Assembly (NCBI RefSeq): GCF_001194135.2
Contig: NC_068981.1
Location: 47,579,372 to 47,613,052, forward strand
DNA from: Octopus bimaculoides
Lineage: Eukaryota
Reading direction: 5' to 3'
Length of the DNA: 33,681 nt
Part shown: one piece after another, positions 24,269-33,681 of the stretch
Numbering within the stretch: the first letter of the stretch is position 1
Layout of the letters: every line of letters starts with the position of its first letter
Made by a program: the position numbers and the translations under genes
The notes under the pieces: model-generated
Database searches by the model: none
The model's input: only the letters and a program-made list of their open reading frames with translations
What the model was told of the DNA's origin: nothing

Positions 24269-25228
24269 TACCGGGTGCGGTGAATAACTTGTCTGAATTA
24301 CGCAAAACTTAAAATAACACTGACATCTCCTTTTAGGAAAAATATTTGTGAAAATACATAAAAATATCTTGAAATACTACAGAGTAAATTTATTCAATGA
24401 AATCGCCATTAGCTTCAACCACGACCTCCAGACGACTTCGAAATCTCCTGTATCTCTTCTGTATCCCTGTTTAAGTTGGTGAATGCTGTCCTAATCCTTG
24501 CCTTCAGTTCATCTTTAGTGTTACAAGTTTTGTTGTTCTCTCCCTAATCTGCGCCCCACAAATAAAGGGGATTCAGTTTGGGGAGTCAGGTTAGCAGATT
24601 TTAGGTGTGATGAGTATTCAGAAATTGTCTGACCGCCATGACTGATTTTTCCTGCTTGTGTGGCATGGTGAAGAGTCCTGTTGCCAGACATAGGGTGTTT
24701 CAGCACCCAGTCTCTTCACCCAGGGCAGCACTACATCAACCAGGCACATGACGTAAGCTTCCATATTGAGTCGGAGGTCGTGTGGGAAGACAAATGGAGG
24801 CATAACGTCGCCATTACTTGTGATCACACCAAATAACATGGTGTTGACTGGATATTCGATTTTCACCATACTCAATACATGATTTGGGGTCACGGAATGC
24901 GAAAGGTTGTTTTGTATGTTCCCCGTCTTATCGTGGCAGAAATTCTTCACGTCTGAGAAAAAACAATGCATGTTTGGTTGAAGAGGATACATGAGTATTT
25001 CAAAAGCTTCGTAACGTGGTGTTTCCACTTGTCCATGATAGGTTGGATTAAATATTGGCTCTTTCTCATTTTGTATGAGTAATACCGAATGTCTTCATGT
25101 GCTAACTGCCTGATAAGAAACTCGGACATTCTCATGTCCCAGGCAAAGAATATGATTGAATTGAAGGTATTGTTGTCAATCATTGCATGGATCTCACCAA
25201 TAAATTCAGGTGTCATGTTCACACCAAT
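24269..25228 (-). mobile_element. Tc1/mariner transposon, DD37D (maT-like) family, 5'-truncated; transposase pseudogene ~24390-25225
   Basis: HEDIRYYSYKMRK, FFSDVKNF (first D), MLFGVITSNGDVMPPF, YVWQQDSSPCH (second D), SPN*IP with the third-D codon region deleted, and RFRSRLEVVVEANGDFIE* (stop 24390-24392). Probable TIR end TA|TACCGGGTG at ~24269. N-terminus and other TIR absent. DD37D assignment rests on recalled family consensus. Confidence 0.92.
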
Positions 25229-25239
25229 AATAAGAACAC

Positions 25240-25367
25240 ATAAATATATACATTATTTATGTTATTTACATTTGACGGATATTTGCCTCATATGGTTTGT
25301 AGTTAACACAACGTTTCGGCTGATATACCTTCCAGCCTTCATCAGGTGACTTGGAGAAATTTCGAAC
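25240..25367 (-). repeat. Family H1 repeat, left arm of inverted pair
   Basis: Reverse complement GTTCGAAATTTCTCCAAGTCACCTGATGAAGG..GTCAAATGTAAATAA matches 22415-22539 and 25435-25525. Confidence 0.9.
25306..25349 (-). ncRNA. Minimal type I hammerhead H1-b (intact core and helix II)
   Basis: CAC-CTGATGA-A-GGCTG-GAAGGTATAT-CAGCC-GAAAC-GTT-GTG, with palindromic AACGTT in place of a looped helix III. Confidence 0.85.
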
Positions 25368-25401
25368 AACAACAATAATTATAATATTAATAATAATAAT
25401 T

Positions 25402-25548
25402 ACATCGAAAAATACCTTAGGAATGAGAACCAAGGTTCGAAATTTCACCAAGACACCCGATGAAGGCTGTAGGGTGTACCCGCCGAAAAGTTATGTTTAC
25501 AAGAAACAAGATGAGGACAAATATCCATCTCTTATATATAGAATTGAA
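25402..25548 (+). repeat. Family H1 repeat, right arm of inverted pair, with degenerate hammerhead H1-c (25453-25496)
   Basis: ACAC-CCGATGA-AGGCTG..CCGCC-GAAAA-GTT-ATGT. Preceded by an (AAC)/(AAT) tract at 25368-25400. Confidence 0.85.
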
Positions 25549-26439
25549 TTTAAATATATATTGTGAATATGATAGATAGTACAAATTGTATAGGCATGTT
25601 TATAAACCTATATAGATAACGAGGAATATGTTTGTAGACATACTGAACAGGGATGTCTAGCTTGAATAAAGCTGATTTTTACAACCAAAAGAGTGAATAG
25701 TAACACACCTTATTTCTTCTGATCGATGCCTTTCCCTTGTCCAGTGAGATAAGTATCAAACTCAAGCAATGTTTACAACGGAATCCAAAACTCACAATTG
25801 TAATGAACTCACTATTCGTTAGGATGTAAGAAAAAAATAACATATTTTTTTGCTTTGATAACAGACAATTTTTGCCCCGATGAAGTCTTCTGCTATTTCA
25901 GATTCATTATGCAATTTAATAGCATAAATATTGATTTAAGCAAAAAACCGAAATATTCATAGGCAACATAAATTGACACCTATAATAAATATATTGATTA
26001 ATCAGTGTATAAATTCTCCATTTTCTTTCTATGTTATACATATATAATTCCGTAACGTGAGCATCAAGCAGTATTTCAGTATTTAGGCATAAGCAAAATT
26101 TAGATTAGTTGAAAAATTTTGTGTTACATATTTCTACAGTTAAAACCAAATTCACTGCAGTTACTGCGGTGAAAATTTCTCTCTGTTGGTAAAAAGGTGA
26201 AAAAAAAAAATAATATCTGCAAAACAGACGCAACCTATCGGATTCCCGGTCATCGACATATCTAGCTTTTTAGTCATATTCAATGGAAAGTAACTAAGAA
26301 AGGAAACTCTACACAGGTCTTTTCAAATCTCTGGCTTTGACCATATACAGTCAACAACGGAGACTGATTTTCACCCATAGACCACCACTGTCATGGAAAT
26401 TACCGTATTATCTGCGCTAAGCAGTGTTTATGCATAAGG

Positions 26440-27480
26440 AAACTACGTTAGTTAAGATATTTTTGTGATATAGTTCAGCTTCTAAAATCAAATACATTGC
26501 AGTTGGTGAAAAAGTTATGATGGTAAAATGCTAGAAACACTGATGTCTGGGATCCGGATAGGTGTCGACTGTGCGAAGATATCGTGTTTTCAAACCTTTT
26601 TATTATATCCTACGCTGAAACGTATTTACGTAGTTTAAATTTTCTGTCTTACAGGTGAAGTTTACTCTTACTTGAACGGTTTGCCCACCTTTAAATTTTA
26701 ATTCTCATCCTTCAGTTTGATATACGCCGGTGCTACAATTTTTTCTTGCACATTTTGTCGCAATAGAGTGGATAATTTTGCTTGTACAGTTTTACGGTAA
26801 GATTGTACTTTTATGTTTTTGGTTACATTTTGCTTTCATTGTAACCGTGTTTCTAGAATGCTTTTCATTTTATTATCTTCAAGTAGGATAGAGAAGGTTT
26901 TGCGGGTGTAGGAAAATATTTTGATATTTCTGTGTTTGAAAGTTGATGCATACGGCAAAATGCTTTCCTTGTTTCGATTATTGTTTTTTTAGTTACGGGA
27001 TATCAATGTCTTGCTATGTATATTCCATTGATGATTATGATCTTTGGATGAGTTTGTACTTCTGTTTATCCAGCCAGTGTTCAGGCTGAGTCGGGTCTAA
27101 CACTATAATGCATTCTGGCTTAATAGGTAAAAGGGAATGTTCAGTTTCGTGTGTTTGGGTGACATGATGTAAACAGAAAGTACAACTTTGAGTCCATGCA
27201 CTTATAGAATACGTCCGTTTCTGTTTCCCATCGGTGTTTGTGACTGAGGCCTCTAAATATGAACCTTCATTGGAATTAAGTTTTATTGTGAATTCAGTGC
27301 TATTGCTCACTTTCTTCTGCATTTTATTGTGAATTATGTGATTGTTTCAAACACTTCCACTGACGAGATGAAGCAATCATCCAGGTACATTTCCTAATTA
27401 TTAAATTGTGTATGAAAGGTGTCTTCGAATAAAGGAAGAGATTGGATTTAATTCTTTAGTTCATGGAACTCTTTATAATT
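26440..27480 (-). mobile_element. Penelope-like retroelement relic 3 (most decayed)
   Basis: MYLDDCFI (YLDD at 27376-27387), TDVFYKCMDSKLYFLFTSCHP, KHTKLNIPF, KCARKNCST, FKGGQTVQVRVNFTCKTENLNYV. The YIG motif is eroded. Confidence 0.85.
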
Positions 27481-29117
27481 TCAATTATTTCTCATTTTCT
27501 AATTCTTTACATTGAGTTCAGTATTTCCGATGATGAACGTATACGTCGTAAAAGATAATTCATGAAAGTCACTTGATGTAAACAATATAAAAATGAATCT
27601 TTAAAGATACTTTCGTATTGTTTCCAATGTTAACTGTATATATATATATGTATGTATATATATATATGTTTATATNNNNNNNNNNNNNNNNNNNNNNNNN
27701 NNNNNNNNNNNNNNNNNNNNNNNNNNNNNNNNNNNNNNNNNNNNNNNNNNNNNNNNNNNNNNNNNNNNNNNNNNNATATATATACATATATATGTATTTC
27801 TTCCTTTTCCTACGATTACGGCCTATAAAATTTTTATTCGGTACGAATAATTATATTGTTCACTAAAAGTTTATTAATGCTATTTTATCTAATCAATAAT
27901 TCAAATATTTATCATTCACTCTCCTTTCTTATGAATTCGTCGCACCACCTTTTGTGCGCATTCGTCCAAATAGGTCTGTCACAACACAATCTCGTCTAAA
28001 CTATGATGTATGTGCAGAGACGTAATACTACATGAATATGAAATATAACGTTTAGATTTTATAAACTCTCCTTAAAATATCAGCAGATATTTACATTGTG
28101 AAAGCATCTTAGTTTGTTTATTAACATTTGACTAATCTCGAGTAATTATGTTTATTTTATAATTAAATACAACTATTATCTTAAAATAACTAAGCAATTT
28201 TCAGGCACATTTCAGTGATAAGAAGAAAAGCGGGCATACGATATATCCTTCAATATTAAGAAATATAGTGCCACGTATGTGATGCATTTCTCCATGAGTA
28301 TTTCTCAAAGTAAAGAATGCAACATCTTTTCTAATACAAGCACATCACAAATCAAAATATTAAATCAAAACTATAAAAACGTCCGTCATATTACCATATC
28401 ATTTTTATGTATTTTTCTGTATTGGCGTTCTTTCTCATGTTGGGTTCATGCACGGCTACTTTCATAGACGTTATTGATAATTTTCTCTCGATGAACAATT
28501 GTGATTTATATCTTATACCTGCCATTTTTTTTATATATATAGATATGTCAGAATATACCAACTGAATTGGTCTGCTTTCCAATTTGCATGAATCGGTGGT
28601 AAAATACAGATGATTATGTATATATATTTACGATATCATTACATATAAATTCCATTCCAGTTTCAGTTCTAAAATACATCCCGCAAATATTTTGTTTTTG
28701 TATTTCTTAACGTTACTGTAAAGTTTTCGGTTTTATGTGATATAAAACTTTCGCAGATATTGAGTTGGAGATAAATCTAATATTGAAATCACAAAACTCA
28801 AAGTGGAATATACATTTTATGGAGATCAATAAGGAGATTATAAAACACATGTCGTTTTAATATGTACGAAATGAAAGCATTATATTTGGCGGAAATTATA
28901 TAAATTAGATTTAGATGCGTACAGAATGATCTAAAAATAAAAGCGGCTATCTTGTTGCGGGTCCAATAAATATATTTAAACTACAAAAAACGAAACATAA
29001 ACAACAAATGCACAACTAATCTCTTACAGTAAATGCAATATACAAACCCGATTAATCACTCTGAAATTAGAATTGTATAACAATCCTCTCTACGCTAGCC
29101 TGAATTCCTGATATTTT

Positions 29118-29385
29118 TGAAGGAGGGAGGGCCTAATCGAATATATCAACTGCAGTGCTCATCTAGTACTTATTTTATCGACTCCGAAAGGATGGCAAGC
29201 AAATTTGACTTCGGCTGCATTTGAATTCAGAACGTAAATGCAAACGAAAAATCGAGTGGTATTTACGTCATTGACCTCAAATATCAAAGTTGAAGTCAGC
29301 GGAATTTGTACTCATAACGTTAAATTAAATGAAATTGCAATAAGCATTTTGTCCGATATTCTAAATAATCTTCCAACTCACCGTT
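29118..29385 (-). mobile_element. tRNA-derived SINE family C with internal tandem duplication of the B-box segment
   Basis: TACTTATTTTATCGACTCCGAAAGGATG..GACTTCGGC..ATTTGAATTCAGAACGT followed by a second ..CAGCGGAATTTGTACTCATAACGT unit and the head (AAGCATTTTGTCCG..CCAACTCACCG). Confidence 0.75.
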
Positions 29386-29399
29386 ATAATCCATAATCA

Positions 29400-29575
29400 T
29401 TTCAGCTGTAGGCACACAGCTTGAAAGTTTGAAGGAGGGAGCTAGTCGATTACATCAATCCCAATATTCATTTTACACTTATTTACCGACTCCAAACAGA
29501 TGAAACGTAAAGTCGATATCGGTGTCATGTGGATTCAGAACGTGAATGCCAACAAAAGGCCTCTAAGCATTTTCT
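29400..29575 (-). mobile_element. SINE family C, second copy
   Basis: GGAGGGAGCTAGTCGATTACATC..CCGACTCC..GATGAAA..AAAGTCGA..TTCAGAACGT..TAAGCATTT parallels 29118-29385. Confidence 0.75.
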
Positions 29576-29645
29576 GTGTTGTTTTAATGATTCAGTCACC
29601 TCACTGTTTTAGCATTCTTTATTAATAATAAAAATTAATAATAAA

Positions 29646-29887
29646 AGCGCCCTTTTAAAGACTAGCCAGGCTCATGGGTCCGGCTTCCGGGTTTCAATGG
29701 TGTATGGGTTCCCTAGTTGGACGGAACGCCAGTCCATCGCAGCCTTACTCATTTTTGCCAGCTGAGTGGACTGGAACATCGTGAAAAGAATTGTTTTGCT
29801 GAAGACCAAAACACGTCTCCAAGAATCAAAATCACAAACTTGCGATCATGATGCTGACACCCTAACCACTAAACCACACGCCTCCAC
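29646..29887 (-). mobile_element. tRNA-derived SINE family B, near full length
   Basis: Minus strand starts GTGGAGGCGTGTGGTTTAGTGGTTAGGG (A box), then CCAGTCCACTCAGCTGGCAAAAATGAGT and GCGATGGACTGGCGTTCCGTCCA. Confidence 0.85.
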
Positions 29888-30254
29888 CTTTATTAATAAT
29901 ACTCGTTGAATATTGTGAATTATCTTCATTACGTGTAAATTTAGCAATTAATTAGTTATATGTAATTGAGTTATAATCGAAGCCGAAGCGTTGAATCTAT
30001 TCTATAATACAACACCGAACCAATAACATAACATGTAGCTTGTGCAACACGAGGTTACGGAGGAACAAATGAAAAGTAACACCGTCGTTGATTGGGCTTG
30101 AATCAACTGATTTTATACATTTTGTCGGTGTACAATATCGCAGCATAAATATTTCCGGATCAAATCTTCATTAGAAAGCTTTAGCACTTGAACATGCATT
30201 CATATACATACATGCAAACATACATATATACATATACATATACCTACATATATG

Positions 30255-30305
<51 letters not shown>

Positions 30306-30374
30306 NNNNNNNNNNNNNNNNNNNNNNNNNNNNNNNNNNNNNNNNNNNNNNNNNNNNNNNNNNNNNNNNNNNNN

Positions 30375-30426
<52 letters not shown>

Positions 30427-32699
30427 TAGCAACATATTCTTAACTCAGCCACTTATTATTTTTTTTATTTAGAAAAAAACCTTCTAACCCACATTTTAAA
30501 TAGTAAATAATTGGCAATATTAAAATTATCTATTATAAGAATTATTATATAAACCCTATTTAACGCCAATATATAAGTATAAATTTATATATATAGTAAT
30601 ATAATATAAGTATGAATATAAGTATTACTTTAACCTCATGTTTTCTTAATCTTGTAATCATACCCTTCACTCATTTACTTTCATTTTATTTGATCCCTTA
30701 ATACTAAAGTATAATATCTATCTCATTGTTAAATATAATACAAATATAATTAATATAAAATAAAACTGAAATCTATATATTGTTTTTAATACAACTCCAT
30801 TTTGACATAAATACTGTATTTTCAAAGACTGATCGTATATTTTTATTTTTATAAAATATTATAACCCCGCATTCATGACTATTGGTATATAAATATGAAA
30901 ATATAAACTATTTAATTTAATTTTTTTTTATATGACTTATTGACATATTACTAAAGTGAAACACAAGCTATTTTTCATTTTTAAGCTATCGAATGACATG
31001 ATTACGCATATACATGAACTAAAGGGAGATCACTACTTACTCAAACTTTGACTTAGGGAATTTAACCTACAACACTGGTTTTTAATTTCTTTAGCAAATA
31101 GCAACATTCCATAAGTGAGTATTATATAGTATTGTTTATGCACATCATATTTTAAAAACATTTTTTTTTCTTCGAACACCGGAAATTATACCCAAACGTT
31201 ATTCATCCAATCTTTATTTATATTTCCCATTTTAATCTTTGTATAATACACCCCTCATGATAAGCTTCATCCGTCTGCCTACCATCTACCTCACATAAAC
31301 CTTTATAAATATAAATATAATTTTTTTTTTCACATAAATTTGATGTTTTAGTAGCAATTTAACGTTTAATACTAGCTAAATTTTAAACGATAAAATTCTA
31401 ATCGCATGAATTTTGCGTTTGTCGAAGTAGTTTGTTTACATTTAAAAATTCCTAAACTTATTCCTCAAATAAGTCATTTCCTAACTCAAGACTAGAATTT
31501 AACTTATTTTTCCTGAAGATATCGAACAACATACCACTTATTACGTCTTTAAACGTTACGATTATTTGTTATTTTCAAATATTGTTATATTGAAGCATAT
31601 GTACTATATTTGTTTGTATATTTGGGGTTATTTTTTGGTGCGGTTCCTTTTATATTTGTTCCGGTTAATTTTGTACTTGTTCTTATAGGTATATCATTTA
31701 CGATTTTAATTTGCATGACATTTTCAAATTGTAATATAAATAAAATCAACCAAGCATATTTTTAATTTTTGCTCTCCATTTCCTTTTACTGAATTTTTAA
31801 TGATACACACACATACACATACATATATNNNNNNNNNNNNNNNNNNNNNNNNNNNNNNNNNNNNNNNNNNNNNNNNNNNNNNNNNNNNNNNNNNNNNNNN
31901 NNNNNNNNNNNNNNNNNNNNNNNNNNNNNNNNNNNNNNNNNNNNNNNNNNNNNNNNNNNNNNNNNNNNNNNNNNNNNNNNNNNNNNNNNNNNNNNNNNNN
32001 NNNNNNNNNNNNNNNNNNNNNNNNNNNNNNNNNNNNNNNNNNNNNNNNNNNNNNNNNNNNNNNNNNNNNNNNNNNNNNNNNNNNNNNNNNNNNNNNNNNN
32101 NNNNNNNNNNNNNNNNNNNNNNNNNNNNNNNNNNNNNNNNNNNNNNNNNNNNNNNNNNNNNNNNNNNNNNNNNNNNNNNNNNNNNNNNNNNATATATATA
32201 TATATAAGAGTGCCTTTCATTATAAGAGCATGTAAGTGTATTTCAGATATGAAATGATAATTACATAGGAGCAATTTGTTTCATCTGGACTCGCGATTGA
32301 ATATATACTATATTAGCTGTTTGAAAGTAATCAGTGATGTGAAAGGAGCTCAGAGTTCTCCACACCCACCTCCCAAAAATAACAGACACAAAGATAAATA
32401 CTTTAAAGTGGTCATGTTAATATTTAAATATTGCATGGGGATACATGACGTAGTTTATAAATATGCTTATTTAAAGTATCATAACAGTATGAAACTATTA
32501 GCAGCTCTTCTGTGATCTGGATAAAATTATTTGTAAAGTAGATAATGTGCTTCTGATATTGTTGGAATGATGTGTACATCATTTTGTCCTTGTGAGATGA
32601 ATTTTTTGTTGGTATACAGATTTGTTTCTGTTAAACGTGTCAGGAGTAGGGGCCGAAACCGGACGTGGTTCCTCCTGATGATGTGTTGAGCTAACTGGA

Positions 32700-32935
32700 T
32701 CCTATAAAGGAGCTGTTGTGGTAGCAGACCACAAAACATGGTTGAAATTCCGGATGAGAACTGGATGCGAGTCAAGTTGATCGCTGGTAAGTTCTAAAAG
32801 GAGGAACTAGAGAAGAGAGCTCAGCTGAATAATGTCCATGACAATACTTATAGAAAAGAGACAGTGAAATCACATAACAACGATGAGAGGGTGAATCCAA
32901 CTGAGAAGATATATCAGGACTAATAGCATTAGAAA
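32700..32935 (-). mobile_element. C-terminal fragment of a CR1/L2-type LINE ORF2
   Basis: SQLDSPSHRCYVISLSLFYKYCHGHYSAEL, then (frameshift) TRLASSSHPEF..YHNSSF, resembling the LxxLSHRRxVAxLSLFYxY..CS.EL C-terminal motif. Confidence 0.55.
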
Positions 32936-33276
32936 TGATTTCCTTTTACAAACTCTGCGTTGTATAATGTAGAGCTGTCGGTTAAATCTAACGCGATCAA
33001 TCTCTATCTTAGATAATCATTTTCATTGAATCATTTCAAAATCTGATATAGTTTAAATGATAATTATTCATTTATAACTGGCAAATGTGAATATCCTCAA
33101 ATTACTTATCTTATGAGAGCTTTATTGGATTTAAATGATAACTGTTGAATAACATATTTTAAACACCTGACAGCAAAATATATGCACGCACATATATTTA
33201 CGTATACTTGCACACACCTTCACACAGACGCACACACTCGCATGCGCACATATATTTTATGTATAAATATATATAA

Positions 33277-33330
33277 TGGCGGTGCCCCAGCATGACCACA
33301 GCTCATGAGCTGAAACTAGATAAAATGAAA
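33277..33330 (+). mobile_element. SINE/LINE 3'-tail fragment with CAGCTC-AT-GAGCTG inverted repeat
   Basis: GGCGGTGCCCCAGCATGACCACAGCTCATGAGCTGAAACTAGATAAAA resembles the reverse complement of the family A tail. Confidence 0.65.
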
Positions 33331-33359
33331 AATATATATATACATATATATATATATAT

Positions 33360-33681
33360 TGGAGAATATACAAAAAATAACAACAGACGAGGACAGGTGG
33401 TGTAAATAACAAAAGTATATATTAGTATGACGCTCGGGAATACGGAAAGTCTTTGACGTTTCGAGCTACGCTCTTCAACAGAAAGAATACGGAGACAAGG
33501 AGAAAAACACGGAGAAAAAAAAAAAAAATTGAATAGTGTTCAGTCAACGGTCAATCATAATAATGGCCGATCATAACAATGACTGACCGGAAGTTAGAAA
33601 TTCTTATTTCAGGAGAGCTAAAGACGGTAGGTGAAGGAAAGTAAGGTAAAAAAGGATGATAAAGGAGGTTTACAAAAGTGG
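33360..33681 (-). repeat. Family H3 PLE-terminal-repeat-like element, running off the window end; 3' end abuts (TA)n
   Basis: Contains the hammerhead-like motif at 33450-33486; homologous to 18325-18435. Confidence 0.75.
33450..33486 (-). ncRNA. Minimal type I hammerhead-like motif H3 (variant core CUGUUGA)
   Basis: TCTTT-CTGTTGA-A-GAGC-GTA-GCTC-GAAAC-GTC-AAAGA. Helix I 5 bp, helix II 4 bp, palindromic ACGT, GTC site. Confidence 0.75.

Noticed and set aside
26205-26260. Minus-strand TCGATGA-CCGGGAATCCG downstream of PLE relic 3
   Set aside because: A small hairpin is present but there is no GAAAC arm; too degenerate to call an HHR.
28391-28582. Minus ORF with faint GIY-YIG resemblance (LVY..VAVHE)
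   Set aside because: No YIG, Cys or RT motifs; insufficient support.
31413-31425. 13-mer TTGCGTTTGTCGA shared with 6493-6505 next to the H4 site
   Set aside because: Matches of this length are expected by chance in 33 kb of AT-rich DNA, and the flanks align poorly.
32650-32685. GAAACCGGAC..CTGATGA in type II hammerhead order
   Set aside because: Triplet is GAC, the helix I loop is too small, helix II cannot close, and it lies at the edge of a LINE fragment.

Overview
AT-rich, microsatellite-dense eukaryotic DNA with seven N-gaps. It is most likely from an octopod cephalopod, judged from my recall of the SINE, mariner and repeat families rather than a database search. I found no intact host gene, tRNA or rRNA; most ORFs in the track are microsatellite or antisense artefacts. 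The window is largely decayed mobile elements: three Penelope-like (PLE) RT/GIY-YIG relics, a 5'-truncated DD37D-type Tc1/mariner, an R4/Dong-like RLE LINE 3' end, other LINE scraps and several tRNA-derived SINEs. The main signal is RNA-structural. There are eight hammerhead-ribozyme (HHR) motifs or relics in four families, none directly joined to an ORF. Two families form divergent inverted pairs: a ~1.17-kb structure at 10535-11702 and a ~0.3-kb structure at ~25240-25548 sitting where the mariner is cut off. HHRs in PLE terminal repeats are established; whether this ORF-less, self-antisense paired layout is a mobile unit is untested.
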